From an uncultured Spirochaetota bacterium (GTDB taxonomy: Bacteria; Spirochaetota; Spirochaetia; SZUA-6; Fen-1364), in contig CAWAHW010000001.1 in the NCBI GenBank assembly GCA_963781885.1, forward strand, positions 96,001 through 160,000: DNA of 64,000 nucleotides, read 5' to 3'. Below the pieces are notes generated by a model, which ran no database searches, was not told the origin of the DNA, and saw only the letters and a program-made list of their open reading frames with translations. Of this stretch, positions 1 through 10,026 are shown piece after piece. The position numbers were made by a program, and so were the translations under genes. Every line of letters starts with the position of its first letter. Position 1 is the first letter of the stretch.

Positions 1-1207
1 GCATTGATAACGTAGGCGGAGATGCTATTGGAGTTGCTATTCGTGACATAAAGCGCCTCTGCATACATGAAGTTCGCCTGAATAGTCGCGGCACTGCCGG
101 TGAAGGTGACCGTTGTACTGGCACTGTTGGGATCACCGAAGGTTGCCGCGCCGCTGCTCACCGTCCAGTTCTGGAAGAAGTAGCCGAGATTCGGGGTTGC
201 GCTGATGGGAATCGGTGAGCCGGTAGTCTGGAGACCGCTGCCTGGGCTTGTCGTGCCATTTCCATCATTCTGCACCGTCAAAGTGTACTGAATGCCATAA
301 GGCGCGGTGCTCACCACGGAGTCCTGCCAGCCTGTCTCGTATGCGATGGCCCTAAGAGTCTCACTCGTTGCGACACTCACCCCTGACAAGTACTGGGTAC
401 CCGTCGTGCTTGTAGGAGCCGAACCATCAATTGTGTAGCGGACGTTGGCCCCGCTGGTGGTAGAAGAAATCGCTACTGTCGACGGTCCAGTATATGTCCC
501 CGAGGTTGGGTTGAACGTTGGTGCCGCCACTTGAAGCGTATATATCGCACTGTTGACCGGTGAGTCGGCCATCAAGCTCTTGTAGGCGATTGCCGTCAAG
601 GTCATGCTTGAAGAAACCGTCACTGTCACCGGGGCAGGAGCACCGCCAGACGAGGGTGGTGTCGACCCATCCGTGGTATAGCTGACGTAGGCTCCTGGAG
701 TTGTCGTTGTGATGGTTATGTTTAGCGTGACGTCATGAGGTTTCTGCTCCGGGGTTGAAAAGCGGCGTGGATACCTGGTCGTAGTTGATCTTGTAGGTTT
801 GTTGAGCGGGTGCAGAATCCGTCATTCCCGATTTGGTGCCAATCGCCTTTATCGTCATCACTGTCCCATTCCCCGTCACGGCAATCGGCCCGCTGTAGGT
901 CGTCGCGGAGAACGTCGGGGTTGAGCCATCAGTAGTGTAGTGAATGGCGGCTCCAGAGTGGAGCAGGTGATCGTGACTGCGGTTGCGCCCGTCATGTCGT
1001 TCGAGGATGAGTAGATGCCTCCTGCGCTGCAGGGCTGATCTGGGGAGTGGCCACAATCTCCCCGCTGCTCTGAGCAGCATGCACCTTGTCCTGCACATCC
1101 AGAAGCAAGGCGCTTGGCGGACAAGAGAGGACCAGCGAAGTGGCTGCGACAACGACCCCGACGAAAAGAATGTGACTGGCCTTCCGCCACCGCCTGCTTG
1201 AGTTCAC
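1..1207 (-). CDS. Surface lipoprotein with chitobiase/beta-hexosaminidase C-terminal-like (FN3-associated) repeats, then a Flg_new/InlB-B-like repeat and the start of a probable beta-propeller; frameshifted, runs off the window
   Basis: Lipobox-like ...TSLVLSC in ORF 992-1207. The repeated motif 'P.F.P..G.Y...V.I..TT.GA.I.YTTDGS.P' (HYTTDGSTP, SYTTDGSTP, RYTIDGSAP) can be read across frames. Downstream are 'ISATPNLGYFFQNWT' and 'LYVTNSNSNSISAY'. Frame switches near 1020, 960 and 745. Confidence 0.7.
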
Positions 1208-1308
1208 TTCTGATTGCCAATGCCCGCTTCTCCTCAGCTTCCCTGCCCCTCACCGCTGGCACCTCGGCGCCGCCTTCGCGAAATATCGCGCGCGGCCAAT
1301 TGCACGCC

Positions 1309-3393
1309 CTATTGTTCTATTTCCCATATGACGGCCATGCGCTGGCGCTGCACATCCGCAGCTCTGGTCCCGCTCTCCTGGGATTCCCCGAGATAAGCAA
1401 ACTGCTGCGCGAGCGTTGGGTTGATTGCCTTCAATTTTTCATAGTCTTGCTTTGCCGCGGCGTAGTCCTGCAACTCCTGGCTCGCTCGTGCGAGGGCAAG
1501 CAAGACGTGATCATTGTTCGGGTCGGTTTCGCTTGCCCTTTGGTAGAGTGAAAGCGCATCCTTCCAATCACTTTTCGCAAAATACAGGTGCCCGAGGTTG
1601 AGTATTGCGGGAAGATATTCCTTCCTTGCCAGGACCTGTTTGAACTGCTCTTCTGCTTTGTCTGCTTGCCCGAATTTCGCGTACAAGACCCCAAGCCCGT
1701 TCATCGCCGCCAGGCTCCCGCTGGTGATCTGCGCCTGAAGCTCCGCAACCATCGGCGCCAGGGCTGAGTCAAGGTACTTCTGAGCCTCAGCCAAATATGC
1801 ACGAAGGATGCCATCTGACTGGGGGACCGCGACCGTGGTAGCTGCGCCCGGAAGCCCCACCGGTTGGTAGACGCTCCATGCCTCCTGGATGGGGTAGAAT
1901 CCGGCCTGCCCCGTGGAAGTATTTTCGGTCCACTCCTTGGCCCCCAGTTGCCACGCTTTCATGAACCCTTCATGTATGGAGGTGATCTCCACCGGAATCC
2001 AGGCTTTATCTTTGTATGCGATGGACTGGCTTGCCGGGATCAGCTCCTTCGGTGCTTGCGCAACGCTGAGTCCGCTGTCCACTGCAATGAATATGTGCCC
2101 AGGAATCGTGATGAAGGCTGCATCAATTCCTACTGCCTGGAAGAGCGCGCCATAAAGAATCGAAATGTCGCTGCAGTCTCCCGCCTTGTATTGAAAAGTC
2201 TCCTGGGGAAACTGCAGAAAATCAATCACGTCCTTCTGCTTGGAGACCTGCTCATAAGGAGTCTTGGGATTGGGGCTGTAGTTCAACCCATAGAGATCGA
2301 GCGCTTCATGAAATGCAATAGCCGCCTGCAGATTGTCGCAGATCGAGCGGTTCTCTTTGCTTCGAATGAAGCTTGAGACGCTTCGGGCGAAGTTCAGCAC
2401 CCCCGGGTCTTTCGAGGTTACATATGCTGCCGCCTTCCTGTTGTCATCCCACGTCATGGCGTTCCGGCCCCACAGAGTAAGCGTTTCGATTTTCTTGTCC
2501 TCATAGGTCTGCCCCTCGACCTTGTAGGACACCGTGATCTCCGCGGCAACTTTGGTCCCCTCTGTGACGGAGAGCACCTTGTCCGTGAAAAGTGCAAAAA
2601 GGTCGATGGTCTTGCTCTCCCCCGGCGCAAGCGTGCCCGGCACTTCCATCACCTTGGGGGAATCCATGTATTCCTTGATGTCCACCTGTACGCGAATATC
2701 GCTTGCCGGGACCTTGAGGTTACTCTTGATTTGAAGCGTTCCTACGGGATGATCGTCATAGAACTTGTAGAAAACCGGAAAGGCGGGGCGCAAGTCTACC
2801 GCTGGTACATCGACGCTTCCCCCGTTGCCAAGAGACACATCGATTCCCGCCGTGACGCTCAGCCCTTGATACAGCGCCAAATAGTTTTTGTATTGCGCTC
2901 CCAATTGAAAAGCAAACGTCGGAGCCACAGACAATTTCAGCCCCAGGCCGCCGGCAACAAAAGGGTAGCTGCCCGATTTGGAGAAGTCATTGTAGGTGGC
3001 GAAATAGTAACCACCCATGACATAGGCGAACACCGCAAAGCCGCTGGTCAGAGGTAGTTGAAGTCCGCCACCAATTCTGGCGGCCACGAGGGATAAGCTG
3101 GTGGATGCCTGCACAGGAGTGAGGGAATATTGAAGGCCGCCTGACAGGGAAAAGATGGAGCTGGGAATCCGATAGTTCAGACCCAAATCCAATGCTCCGC
3201 CGTAGGTAAACCATTGCGAGCTATCACCAAGAGGAATGTCAAAGGCGGGACGCACCTCCAGCGATAGGGAGGAAGGAACCTGTGCCGTTGACGGCCTGCC
3301 TGTGGCGATGGTGACGGCCGACTGCGTGAATGCTGTCGCCGAACAAAACGCAAGCAAGAACGCAAGAAGGGCAAGGATAGGGAGCTGTTTCAA
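1309..3393 (-). CDS. Exported protein: N-terminal outer-membrane beta-barrel-like domain, Ig-like domain, transglutaminase-like Cys domain, TPR repeats
   Basis: Signal peptide; alternating aromatic/Gly beta strands in about aa 40-190; GDCSD...PGHIF...PVEIT triad-like motifs; TPR helices 'AMNGLGVLYAKFGQADKAEEQFKQVL' and 'ILNLGHLYFAKSDWKDALSLYQRA'. Confidence 0.75.
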   Translation of the reverse strand: MKQLPILALLAFLLAFCSATAFTQSAVTIATGRPSTAQVPSSLSLEVRPAFDIPLGDSSQWFTYGGALDLGLNYRIPSSIFSLSGGLQYSLTPVQASTSLSLVAARIGGGLQLPLTSGFAVFAYVMGGYYFATYNDFSKSGSYPFVAGGLGLKLSVAPTFAFQLGAQYKNYLALYQGLSVTAGIDVSLGNGGSVDVPAVDLRPAFPVFYKFYDDHPVGTLQIKSNLKVPASDIRVQVDIKEYMDSPKVMEVPGTLAPGESKTIDLFALFTDKVLSVTEGTKVAAEITVSYKVEGQTYEDKKIETLTLWGRNAMTWDDNRKAAAYVTSKDPGVLNFARSVSSFIRSKENRSICDNLQAAIAFHEALDLYGLNYSPNPKTPYEQVSKQKDVIDFLQFPQETFQYKAGDCSDISILYGALFQAVGIDAAFITIPGHIFIAVDSGLSVAQAPKELIPASQSIAYKDKAWIPVEITSIHEGFMKAWQLGAKEWTENTSTGQAGFYPIQEAWSVYQPVGLPGAATTVAVPQSDGILRAYLAEAQKYLDSALAPMVAELQAQITSGSLAAMNGLGVLYAKFGQADKAEEQFKQVLARKEYLPAILNLGHLYFAKSDWKDALSLYQRASETDPNNDHVLLALARASQELQDYAAAKQDYEKLKAINPTLAQQFAYLGESQESGTRAADVQRQRMAVIWEIEQ

Positions 3394-3582
3394 CGCACAG
3401 TCCTTACAAGCGAGGCGTTCAACTGCATAGGCTCCCGGCTTCTGACGTCTGCAACTTTCGTGGCCTTCTTACCCTCTCAAGAATTCCATAATAGAGCATC
3501 CTTAAACTGCATTCATGCGTACAAACATGGGGAGAATTCGGTCGAAAAGGCCTTGCGCTCTCACCAGATGGTGCAATAATCT

Positions 3583-4406
3583 ATTGGTATTCAAGATGGA
3601 GGTTCGGCACAAACGCGGAGCAGCGGTGCATCGCAATGGATCAAGATCCTCGATTTTATCTCGTTTGTCGGGCATGCGGACGATCTTCAAAGCATGATAA
3701 GGAGGGCAACTGCCGGGCTGCCGTCACTGATTCCTTGTGAGATGACCTGGACGATCATAAATGGAGTCGACTCGAACGGGGCATTGCTGCCTCCATCAGA
3801 AGGATTTTCGAATGAAATCCCGAAAGTGGCCCACGACGCGTACATTGACTACTACTACAAGGTTGATTTCTTTCGTCAGGCGCTGGGGACAAAAGAAACC
3901 TCGCTATGCGATCAATTGGCGCGACCGAGCCCTTGCAAGCTCTGAGATAGCAACTGATTTTCTAGGCAAATTGATCCATATCGACGCAAATGCCGGTTTT
4001 ACATTTTATAGACCCGCTTCTTTCGCAGCGGGGACTCTGGCAATTGGCCGTGTCGGTCAAAAGGGGTTCGGCAGACCGGGACCTGCAGATCCTTGATTTT
4101 ATTCGTCCACACTTCTCCAACTATTTCGCACTATTCAGCCGCGAAGTGCTCTTTCCGATGAACACCTATACGGCTGCGGAATTGGCCGACGACTGTCGCC
4201 TTCTCAGCCGCAGGGAAGCCGAGGTCGCCTCCCTTCTCTGCAGAAGGCTGCGGCCGGATGAGATCGCAACGGTGCTCTTGATAAGCCCTCGAACAGTGGA
4301 GCGGCATATCGAGAATATCTACTCCAAGCTGAATGTGAGAAATCGGAAGGAGCTCTTGAAACTCTTGCTGAAAGGGCCACCGGGAGATGGGCAGCATCTG
4401 AATTGA
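3583..4406 (+). CDS. LuxR-family transcriptional regulator, split by frameshifts; start uncertain
   Basis: C-terminal LuxR HTH 'LSRREAEVASLLCRRLRPDEIATVLLISPRTVERHIENIYSKLNV'. The N-terminal sensor region is spread over ORFs 3694-3945, 3761-4096 and 3990-4406. Confidence 0.7.
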
Positions 4407-4490
4407 AGGCCCGCCCTTCATGGGCCGTACCGCAGTCGCGCCGACAACGGCGCTTCCGCTGGTGAAAATCGCGCGCGTCATGCCCCGCAG

Positions 4491-5666
4491 CTACCGCAGC
4501 GACGGGATGGCGATATGCGGATCGATGTCGGCGGCGTAGTTCACCTGGGGGAAGTCGAAGCCGCAGATGCGTGAAAGCTCCTTGCGGTACCCTTCCAGGT
4601 CCACGAGCGTGGGCAGGTTCTCGGTGGTAACGCTCTTCCACCGGGCTTCGACCTCTTTCTGCACCGCAGGGTCGAGCTCCCTTTCGTCCAGGCGGATGCG
4701 GCCGGCATCGTCCACGGGGCTGTCTCCGTTCACATAGAGACGCTCGCGCAGCAGCCGGTCCATCTGCTCGATGCACCCCTCGTGCGTCCCCCGATCCTTC
4801 ATCACCTGGTAGAGGATGCCGATGTAGAGAGGCACAAAGGGGATGGCGGCGCTTGCCAGTGTCACCACGGCCTTGTTCACGGCGACATACGCATGTCCTC
4901 CGAGCCCGGCGAGCTTGCGGTCCAGCGTGCGCGCCGTGGCCTCCAGGTGCTCCTTCGCCCTGCCGATCGTGCCTTCACGATAGATGGCCGCCGTCACGGA
5001 CGAGCCGATGTACGAGTAGGCGACCGTCATCGCCCCCGCGGCGAGGAGGTCCGCTGCCTGCAAAGCGTCGATCCAGAGCTGCCAGTCCTCGCCGCCCATG
5101 ACGGCAACGGTCCCGGCGATCTCTTCCTCCGACGCCGGCGGCACGGTCGTCTCGTAGACCTGGCCGGTCTGGAAGTTGACGGTCTTGTTGGTGTACGGCT
5201 GGCCGATGGGCCGCAGCACGGAGGCGTACATGCCGCGGCGCGGCGCGGCAAGGCTGTAGATCACGAGGTCCACGGGCCCCGTTGTGCGCTGGATGAGCGC
5301 GATGGTGTCCGCCTTGACCTGTTCGGAAAAGGCATCACCGTTGAGGCTCCACGCGCGCAAGCCCGCCTTTGCCGCCTCCTCCTCGAAGAAGGCGCTGTTG
5401 TACCACCCTGCCGAGGCCGTGCGGTCCTCATCGGCTGGACGCTCGAAAAAGATACCCACCGTTTCCGCGCGCGCGCCGAATGCCGCGGCGATCCTGGTTG
5501 CAAGCCCGTAGCCCGTGGAAGCGCCGATGATCAGAACTTTCCGCGGCCCCCGCGCCATGCGCGGTCGGGAGAGAACGAACCGGATATGCTCCTGCACGAG
5601 CTCCTCGCACCCGTGCGGATGCACGGTAAGACAAACGGCACCACGGATCCTGCGTTCGATCTGCAT
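4491..5666 (-). CDS. fabV: trans-2-enoyl-CoA/enoyl-ACP reductase (FabV/Ter family)
   Basis: Family motifs 'HPHGC', 'VLIIGASTGYGLA', 'TASAGWYN', 'NGDAFS', 'YSLAAPRR', 'VMGGEDW', 'YSYIG', 'GTHEGCIEQ'. Confidence 0.95.
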   Translation of the reverse strand: MQIERRIRGAVCLTVHPHGCEELVQEHIRFVLSRPRMARGPRKVLIIGASTGYGLATRIAAAFGARAETVGIFFERPADEDRTASAGWYNSAFFEEEAAKAGLRAWSLNGDAFSEQVKADTIALIQRTTGPVDLVIYSLAAPRRGMYASVLRPIGQPYTNKTVNFQTGQVYETTVPPASEEEIAGTVAVMGGEDWQLWIDALQAADLLAAGAMTVAYSYIGSSVTAAIYREGTIGRAKEHLEATARTLDRKLAGLGGHAYVAVNKAVVTLASAAIPFVPLYIGILYQVMKDRGTHEGCIEQMDRLLRERLYVNGDSPVDDAGRIRLDERELDPAVQKEVEARWKSVTTENLPTLVDLEGYRKELSRICGFDFPQVNYAADIDPHIAIPSLR

Positions 5667-5761
5667 AGCGTGAAGATACTCACGGGGTCGGACACCGGCG
5701 AGCGGCCGCCCCGGGCGCGCGACGCGGTGAAGCGCGCGCCGTTGTCGTGCTATAAAGAGGC

Positions 5762-7075
5762 ATGAAGAAAAACGCGCTGGTTGCCCAATCCGGCGGACCT
5801 TCTCCCGTCATCAATTCCTCCCTCCAGGGCGTCATCGAGGGCTGTCGGGCATACCCTGACAGCATCGGCGCAATCTATGCGGCCTGGCATGGCATCGAGG
5901 GTGTACTCACGGAAGAGCTCGTGGACATGGCGTTGCAGCCGCGTCGGGAAATCGAGCTCCTGGCGACGACCCCGGCCGCGGGCGCCATCGGCACGTGCCG
6001 CTACAAGCTCACCGAAGGCCAGGAGGAGGACTTCGAGCGAATCGTGGAGGTGATCAGGGCGCACGACATCGGGTACTTCTTCTACGTCGGCGGCAACGAT
6101 TCGATGGACACGGCAGCCAAGGTGTCGAAGCTGGCCCGGGAGCGCGGCGTGGAGCTTGTCGTCGCCGGCGTGCCGAAGACCATCGACAACGACATCGGGG
6201 ACCCGGGGTTCACCCTCATCGATCACACGCCTGGCTACGGGAGCGCGGCGCGCTACTGGGCCACGCTGATCCAGAACGTGAATGAAGAGAACCGCGGCAT
6301 GTGCGTGTCGGAACCGGTCGCTGTCCTCCAGGCAATGGGGCGGAAGTCCGGCTTCATCACCGCCGCGGCGCGTCTGGGCGACCCGAAGCGCGAGATGCCG
6401 CTGCAGCTCTACATGGCGGAGACCCCGCACACCCTCGCGAGCCTCCACGAGCACGTGAACCGCGAGCTGCGGCACAGCGGGCGCTGCATCGTCGTGGTGA
6501 ACGAGGGCTTCGACGTGGGCGGCGTCGGCGAGCGCCACGACGGCTTCGGCCACGTGGAGTACGGCGCCAGCCGCACAACCGCGGCGCAGGAAGTGGTGAA
6601 CTACCTCAACGACAAAGGGCTCGCGGTCCGCGGACAGGCAACCGGCCAGGTGCCGGGCGTCATCCAGCGCTCGGTCTCCACGGCGGCATCGACGGTGGAT
6701 ATCGCCGAGGCGCGCGAGGTGGCGCGGCACGCGGTGCGCGTGGCGTTGGAGGAAGGCACGGGGTGGATGGCGACGATCCTCCGGCAGCCCGGCCCCGTCT
6801 ATCGGGCGCGCTACGACAAGGTGGCGCTGGAGACCGTCGCCAACTCCTCCCGTCCCATGCCTCCATCCTGGATCAGCGCGGACGGCCTGGACGTCACGGA
6901 CGATTTCATCCGCTATGCGGCGCCGCTCATCGGGGATGCAGACCCCGCGATACCCCGGGAGAATGGACTCCAGCGCTTCTCCCGTCTTCAGATTCGGTTC
7001 ATCGAGAAGAAATGCCGCCCGTACGAACCGGTGCGTTTCAGGATAACGGGCAAAGCTCGGGAGGTGCGGCCATGA
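5762..7075 (+). CDS. Phosphofructokinase family protein, likely PPi-dependent
   Basis: 'QSGGPSPVIN', 'GGNDSMDT' (Asp form linked to PPi use), 'PKTIDND', 'HTPGYGSAA', 'MGRKSG'. Confidence 0.9.
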   Translation: MKKNALVAQSGGPSPVINSSLQGVIEGCRAYPDSIGAIYAAWHGIEGVLTEELVDMALQPRREIELLATTPAAGAIGTCRYKLTEGQEEDFERIVEVIRAHDIGYFFYVGGNDSMDTAAKVSKLARERGVELVVAGVPKTIDNDIGDPGFTLIDHTPGYGSAARYWATLIQNVNEENRGMCVSEPVAVLQAMGRKSGFITAAARLGDPKREMPLQLYMAETPHTLASLHEHVNRELRHSGRCIVVVNEGFDVGGVGERHDGFGHVEYGASRTTAAQEVVNYLNDKGLAVRGQATGQVPGVIQRSVSTAASTVDIAEAREVARHAVRVALEEGTGWMATILRQPGPVYRARYDKVALETVANSSRPMPPSWISADGLDVTDDFIRYAAPLIGDADPAIPRENGLQRFSRLQIRFIEKKCRPYEPVRFRITGKAREVRP

Positions 7076-7632
7076 GCAGACGCGTCCTGGTGATCAAGGC
7101 AAGCCCCCGTGAGAAGGGCAACAGCTCCGTGCTCGCCGACAAGGTGGCCGAAGGGGCGCGCGACGTCGGGGCGACGACGGAGAGCATCTCCCTCCATCGC
7201 CTGGATATACACCCCTGCCGCGGATGCGACACCTGCCGCAGGACGCAGGCCTGCGTGATCAAGGACGACATGCAGGGGCTCTATCCAAAGCTGCTCGCCG
7301 CCGAGGCGGTCGTCCTGGCAAGCCCCATCTACTGGTTCACCATGAACGGCCAGATGAAGACATTCATCGACCGGTGGTACGGGCTCTGGAACATCGCGAA
7401 GGAGCCTTTCAAGGACAAGCCCGTCGGCATCGTGTTGACCTACGGCGACACCGATCCCTATACGTCGGGCTGCATCAACGCGATTCACACCTTCGAGTCG
7501 ATGTTCAAATTCCTGGAAGCGCCGATTGCCGGATGTGTCTATGGCTCGGCGATGGACGTCGGCGACGTGGAGAAGGACGCCACGCTCCTGGAATCGGCGC
7601 GGAGCCTGGGACGGAAGCTCGGCGCGTCCTGA
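7072..7632 (+). CDS. Iron-sulfur flavoprotein / flavodoxin-family (NADPH-dependent FMN reductase-like) protein
   Basis: 'SPREKGNS', 'PCRGCDTC...CVIKDDM', 'ASPIYW', 'KTFIDR'. ATGA overlap with the pfk stop. Confidence 0.88.
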   Translation: MSRRVLVIKASPREKGNSSVLADKVAEGARDVGATTESISLHRLDIHPCRGCDTCRRTQACVIKDDMQGLYPKLLAAEAVVLASPIYWFTMNGQMKTFIDRWYGLWNIAKEPFKDKPVGIVLTYGDTDPYTSGCINAIHTFESMFKFLEAPIAGCVYGSAMDVGDVEKDATLLESARSLGRKLGAS

Positions 7633-8346
7633 TCAGCGGCCGCGCGGCAGGGAATCGAGTATCTGCGCCATCAGCAGGTTGCCGGCCGCAAAGCGCGCCG
7701 TATCGGCAAGCATTTCCGCGGCTGTCTGAATCGTCGGGCCCGCCACCAGATCGTCGCGGCAGTTTTCCGTAAGAGCGGCCGCACCTGCCGGCGTCATCTC
7801 GAGGTGGAACTGCAGCCCCACGACCCGGTCACCAATTGAAAATGCCTGGTGCTCGCAGGCGGCGCTCCTGAGCACAAGGGAGGCCCCCGACGGAAGGTTG
7901 AAGGTGTCCCCGTGCCATTGGAATGCGAGCGATCCATCCGGCACCGCGCCCAGGATTGCCGCCGCGATTCCCGTCGCGGAGGCGCGCGCACCCGGCGCGG
8001 CCTCCAGCGGGAACCAGCCGATCTCCTTCTGCCGATGGCGATACACGCGCGCGCCCAGGCTGGCGGCAACGAGCTGCGCGCCAAGACAGATGCCCAGCAC
8101 GACTTTTCCCGCTGCCACCGCGTCTGCGATGAGCCTCTTCTCCGCCGCGAGCCACGCATAGACGCGGTCATCATTCGCGCCCATCGGCCCGCCCATCACC
8201 ACGAGCCAGTCGAAATCGGCCAGGGAGGGAAGCTGCGGCCGTTCGAACAGACACGAGGTGGAAAGCTGTGCCCCGCGCGACTCCGCCCAGGGCTGGATGG
8301 AACCCAAGCCTTCGAATACGACGTGACGCAGCGCGTGAATACGCAT
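7633..8346 (-). CDS. Class I glutamine amidotransferase-like protein
   Basis: 'MGGPMG', nucleophile 'GICLGAQL', 'EIGW', 'QWHGDTF', 'GLQFHLE'. Confidence 0.92.
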   Translation of the reverse strand: MRIHALRHVVFEGLGSIQPWAESRGAQLSTSCLFERPQLPSLADFDWLVVMGGPMGANDDRVYAWLAAEKRLIADAVAAGKVVLGICLGAQLVAASLGARVYRHRQKEIGWFPLEAAPGARASATGIAAAILGAVPDGSLAFQWHGDTFNLPSGASLVLRSAACEHQAFSIGDRVVGLQFHLEMTPAGAAALTENCRDDLVAGPTIQTAAEMLADTARFAAGNLLMAQILDSLPRGR

Positions 8347-8428
8347 GCCCGAGCCTCCCGCTTCGGCGTACTATAACCGACGGCCCACGAAACGTCTCGG
8401 CCCACGCGGAAACGCGACAGGCCCTCCG

Positions 8429-9886
8429 TCAGTTTGGACCCCCGGGCGTCAGCGCTGCATTCAGCTTGAAGTCCAGGTTGTTGTGTCCCGTATCCGTGGC
8501 ATTCGGCATCCTGCCGATCGATCCGGTGACGGTGTTGCTGTCCGCCGGCGCCCCGGCACTCCCTTCAGTGGCATCCAGCTCCGCGGCGTGCCCGACGATC
8601 AACGCGCGATGGAGCACACCCGCGTATGTCACGGTATCGATGACCCGGTCTGCGATCGTGTCGAACAACATGACGGCGTCATTCGGACCGTTCTGTATCC
8701 TGTTGGAGGATTCCCAGCCTGCCGGCGTGTACTTCATCGCGGATGCCGCAACGCTCACATTCGGACCGGCAACCACGAGGTACGTGCCCGCGGCAAGCAG
8801 TCCCAGATGCCCCAGGTCGATACGCGCATATTCCGCCCCGGGCGTCACCCCGCCATTGATCAGGACCAGCACGACCCCCGCGAGATCAACGTCCCCGGTG
8901 GCGCAAAGCTCGACGTATTCGGCGGAATCCGTCCCCACCTGGTCGACGTCCATTTCGTTGATGAGAAGCGGAACCCCCGCGCTGACCCGCACGGTGTAGG
9001 AAAGCTGGCTCCCGTCCTCCGCGGTGACCACGTATTCAAGGGGCGAGCGAAAGTCGTTTGCCGTCACGCCGCTTGACTGCTCCCGGCCCTGCACGGTCAC
9101 ATGCGCGCCGGTCGTGGCAAAGACGGCAACGAGCGATGACAGGTCCGTCCCCTCGGGAGGCCGGACCCTGATGACATGGTCATCCTGATCGATGAGCCCC
9201 GCGCAGGCGGGCGCGAGCAAAGCGAATGACGTGAGCGCCTTGTCGGAGCCGGGCGCAATGTCCACGGACACCGCGTAGGCGCAGGTGCTCCCATCCGCCG
9301 CGCAGACCACGTACGTCCGCGGATCCGTGAAATCATTCACCGTGACGCCGCTCTGCTGCTCCGTGTCGTCCACGGTCACGGCCACGCCGGTGGCGGCAAA
9401 TACTGCAACGAGGGACGTCACGTCCGTCCCATGCGGCATGGTGACGTGGACGGCATGCGCCTCCTGGTCCACCGTGCCCGCGGCGGCAGGCTGCTGGAAG
9501 CAGAATGAGGTCAGTGCCTTCTCCGCGCTCGGCGGCGCCTCCGCCCCCACGCTGACCGTGTAAAGAGTGAAGGAGCCGTCAGCCGCGCAGGCTTTGTATT
9601 CCACCGGCGAGGAGAAGTCATTCGCGGTCTGGCCGCTCACCTGGTTGACGCCGCCGACGGTCACCGTCCCCGTGGCCGTGAAGACGGCGACGAGCGCGGT
9701 GACATCCGTGCCCGCGGGGACGCCCACGGTGACGGTGCAGGCTCCCTGGTCGATGACGCCGCTGGCCGCAGGCGATGAAAACGAAAACGAGGAAAGAGTG
9801 GCCGCGGCGGATGGGGACGCAAGGGGCGTTGGCGGGACGCACGCCGCCAGGCACAGCACGAAAAGGAGAAGCGGCAGTGATTTCAT
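8429..9886 (-). CDS. Lipoprotein with three tandem DUF5018-like Ig repeats and a C-terminal lamin-tail-like domain
   Basis: Lipobox LAAC; three copies of 'GTDVTSLVAVF.ATG..VTV....Q.SG.T.NDF..P..Y.V.A.DGS...YTV'; C-terminal 'LLINEMDVDQVGTDSAEYVEL'. Confidence 0.75.
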   Translation of the reverse strand: MKSLPLLLFVLCLAACVPPTPLASPSAAATLSSFSFSSPAASGVIDQGACTVTVGVPAGTDVTALVAVFTATGTVTVGGVNQVSGQTANDFSSPVEYKACAADGSFTLYTVSVGAEAPPSAEKALTSFCFQQPAAAGTVDQEAHAVHVTMPHGTDVTSLVAVFAATGVAVTVDDTEQQSGVTVNDFTDPRTYVVCAADGSTCAYAVSVDIAPGSDKALTSFALLAPACAGLIDQDDHVIRVRPPEGTDLSSLVAVFATTGAHVTVQGREQSSGVTANDFRSPLEYVVTAEDGSQLSYTVRVSAGVPLLINEMDVDQVGTDSAEYVELCATGDVDLAGVVLVLINGGVTPGAEYARIDLGHLGLLAAGTYLVVAGPNVSVAASAMKYTPAGWESSNRIQNGPNDAVMLFDTIADRVIDTVTYAGVLHRALIVGHAAELDATEGSAGAPADSNTVTGSIGRMPNATDTGHNNLDFKLNAALTPGGPN

Positions 9887-10026
9887 GCGAGCCTCCGCCC
9901 ATCAGAACGGGCGTGCAGGGCACGCGAATTCAATTGCCGGCAGGCACGCGGGAAAACGGCCGGCCCCCGCCCGTCTTTGCATCGCGCGCGCTTGCATATA
10001 GGATGGACGCACGAGGCAGCAGGGGC

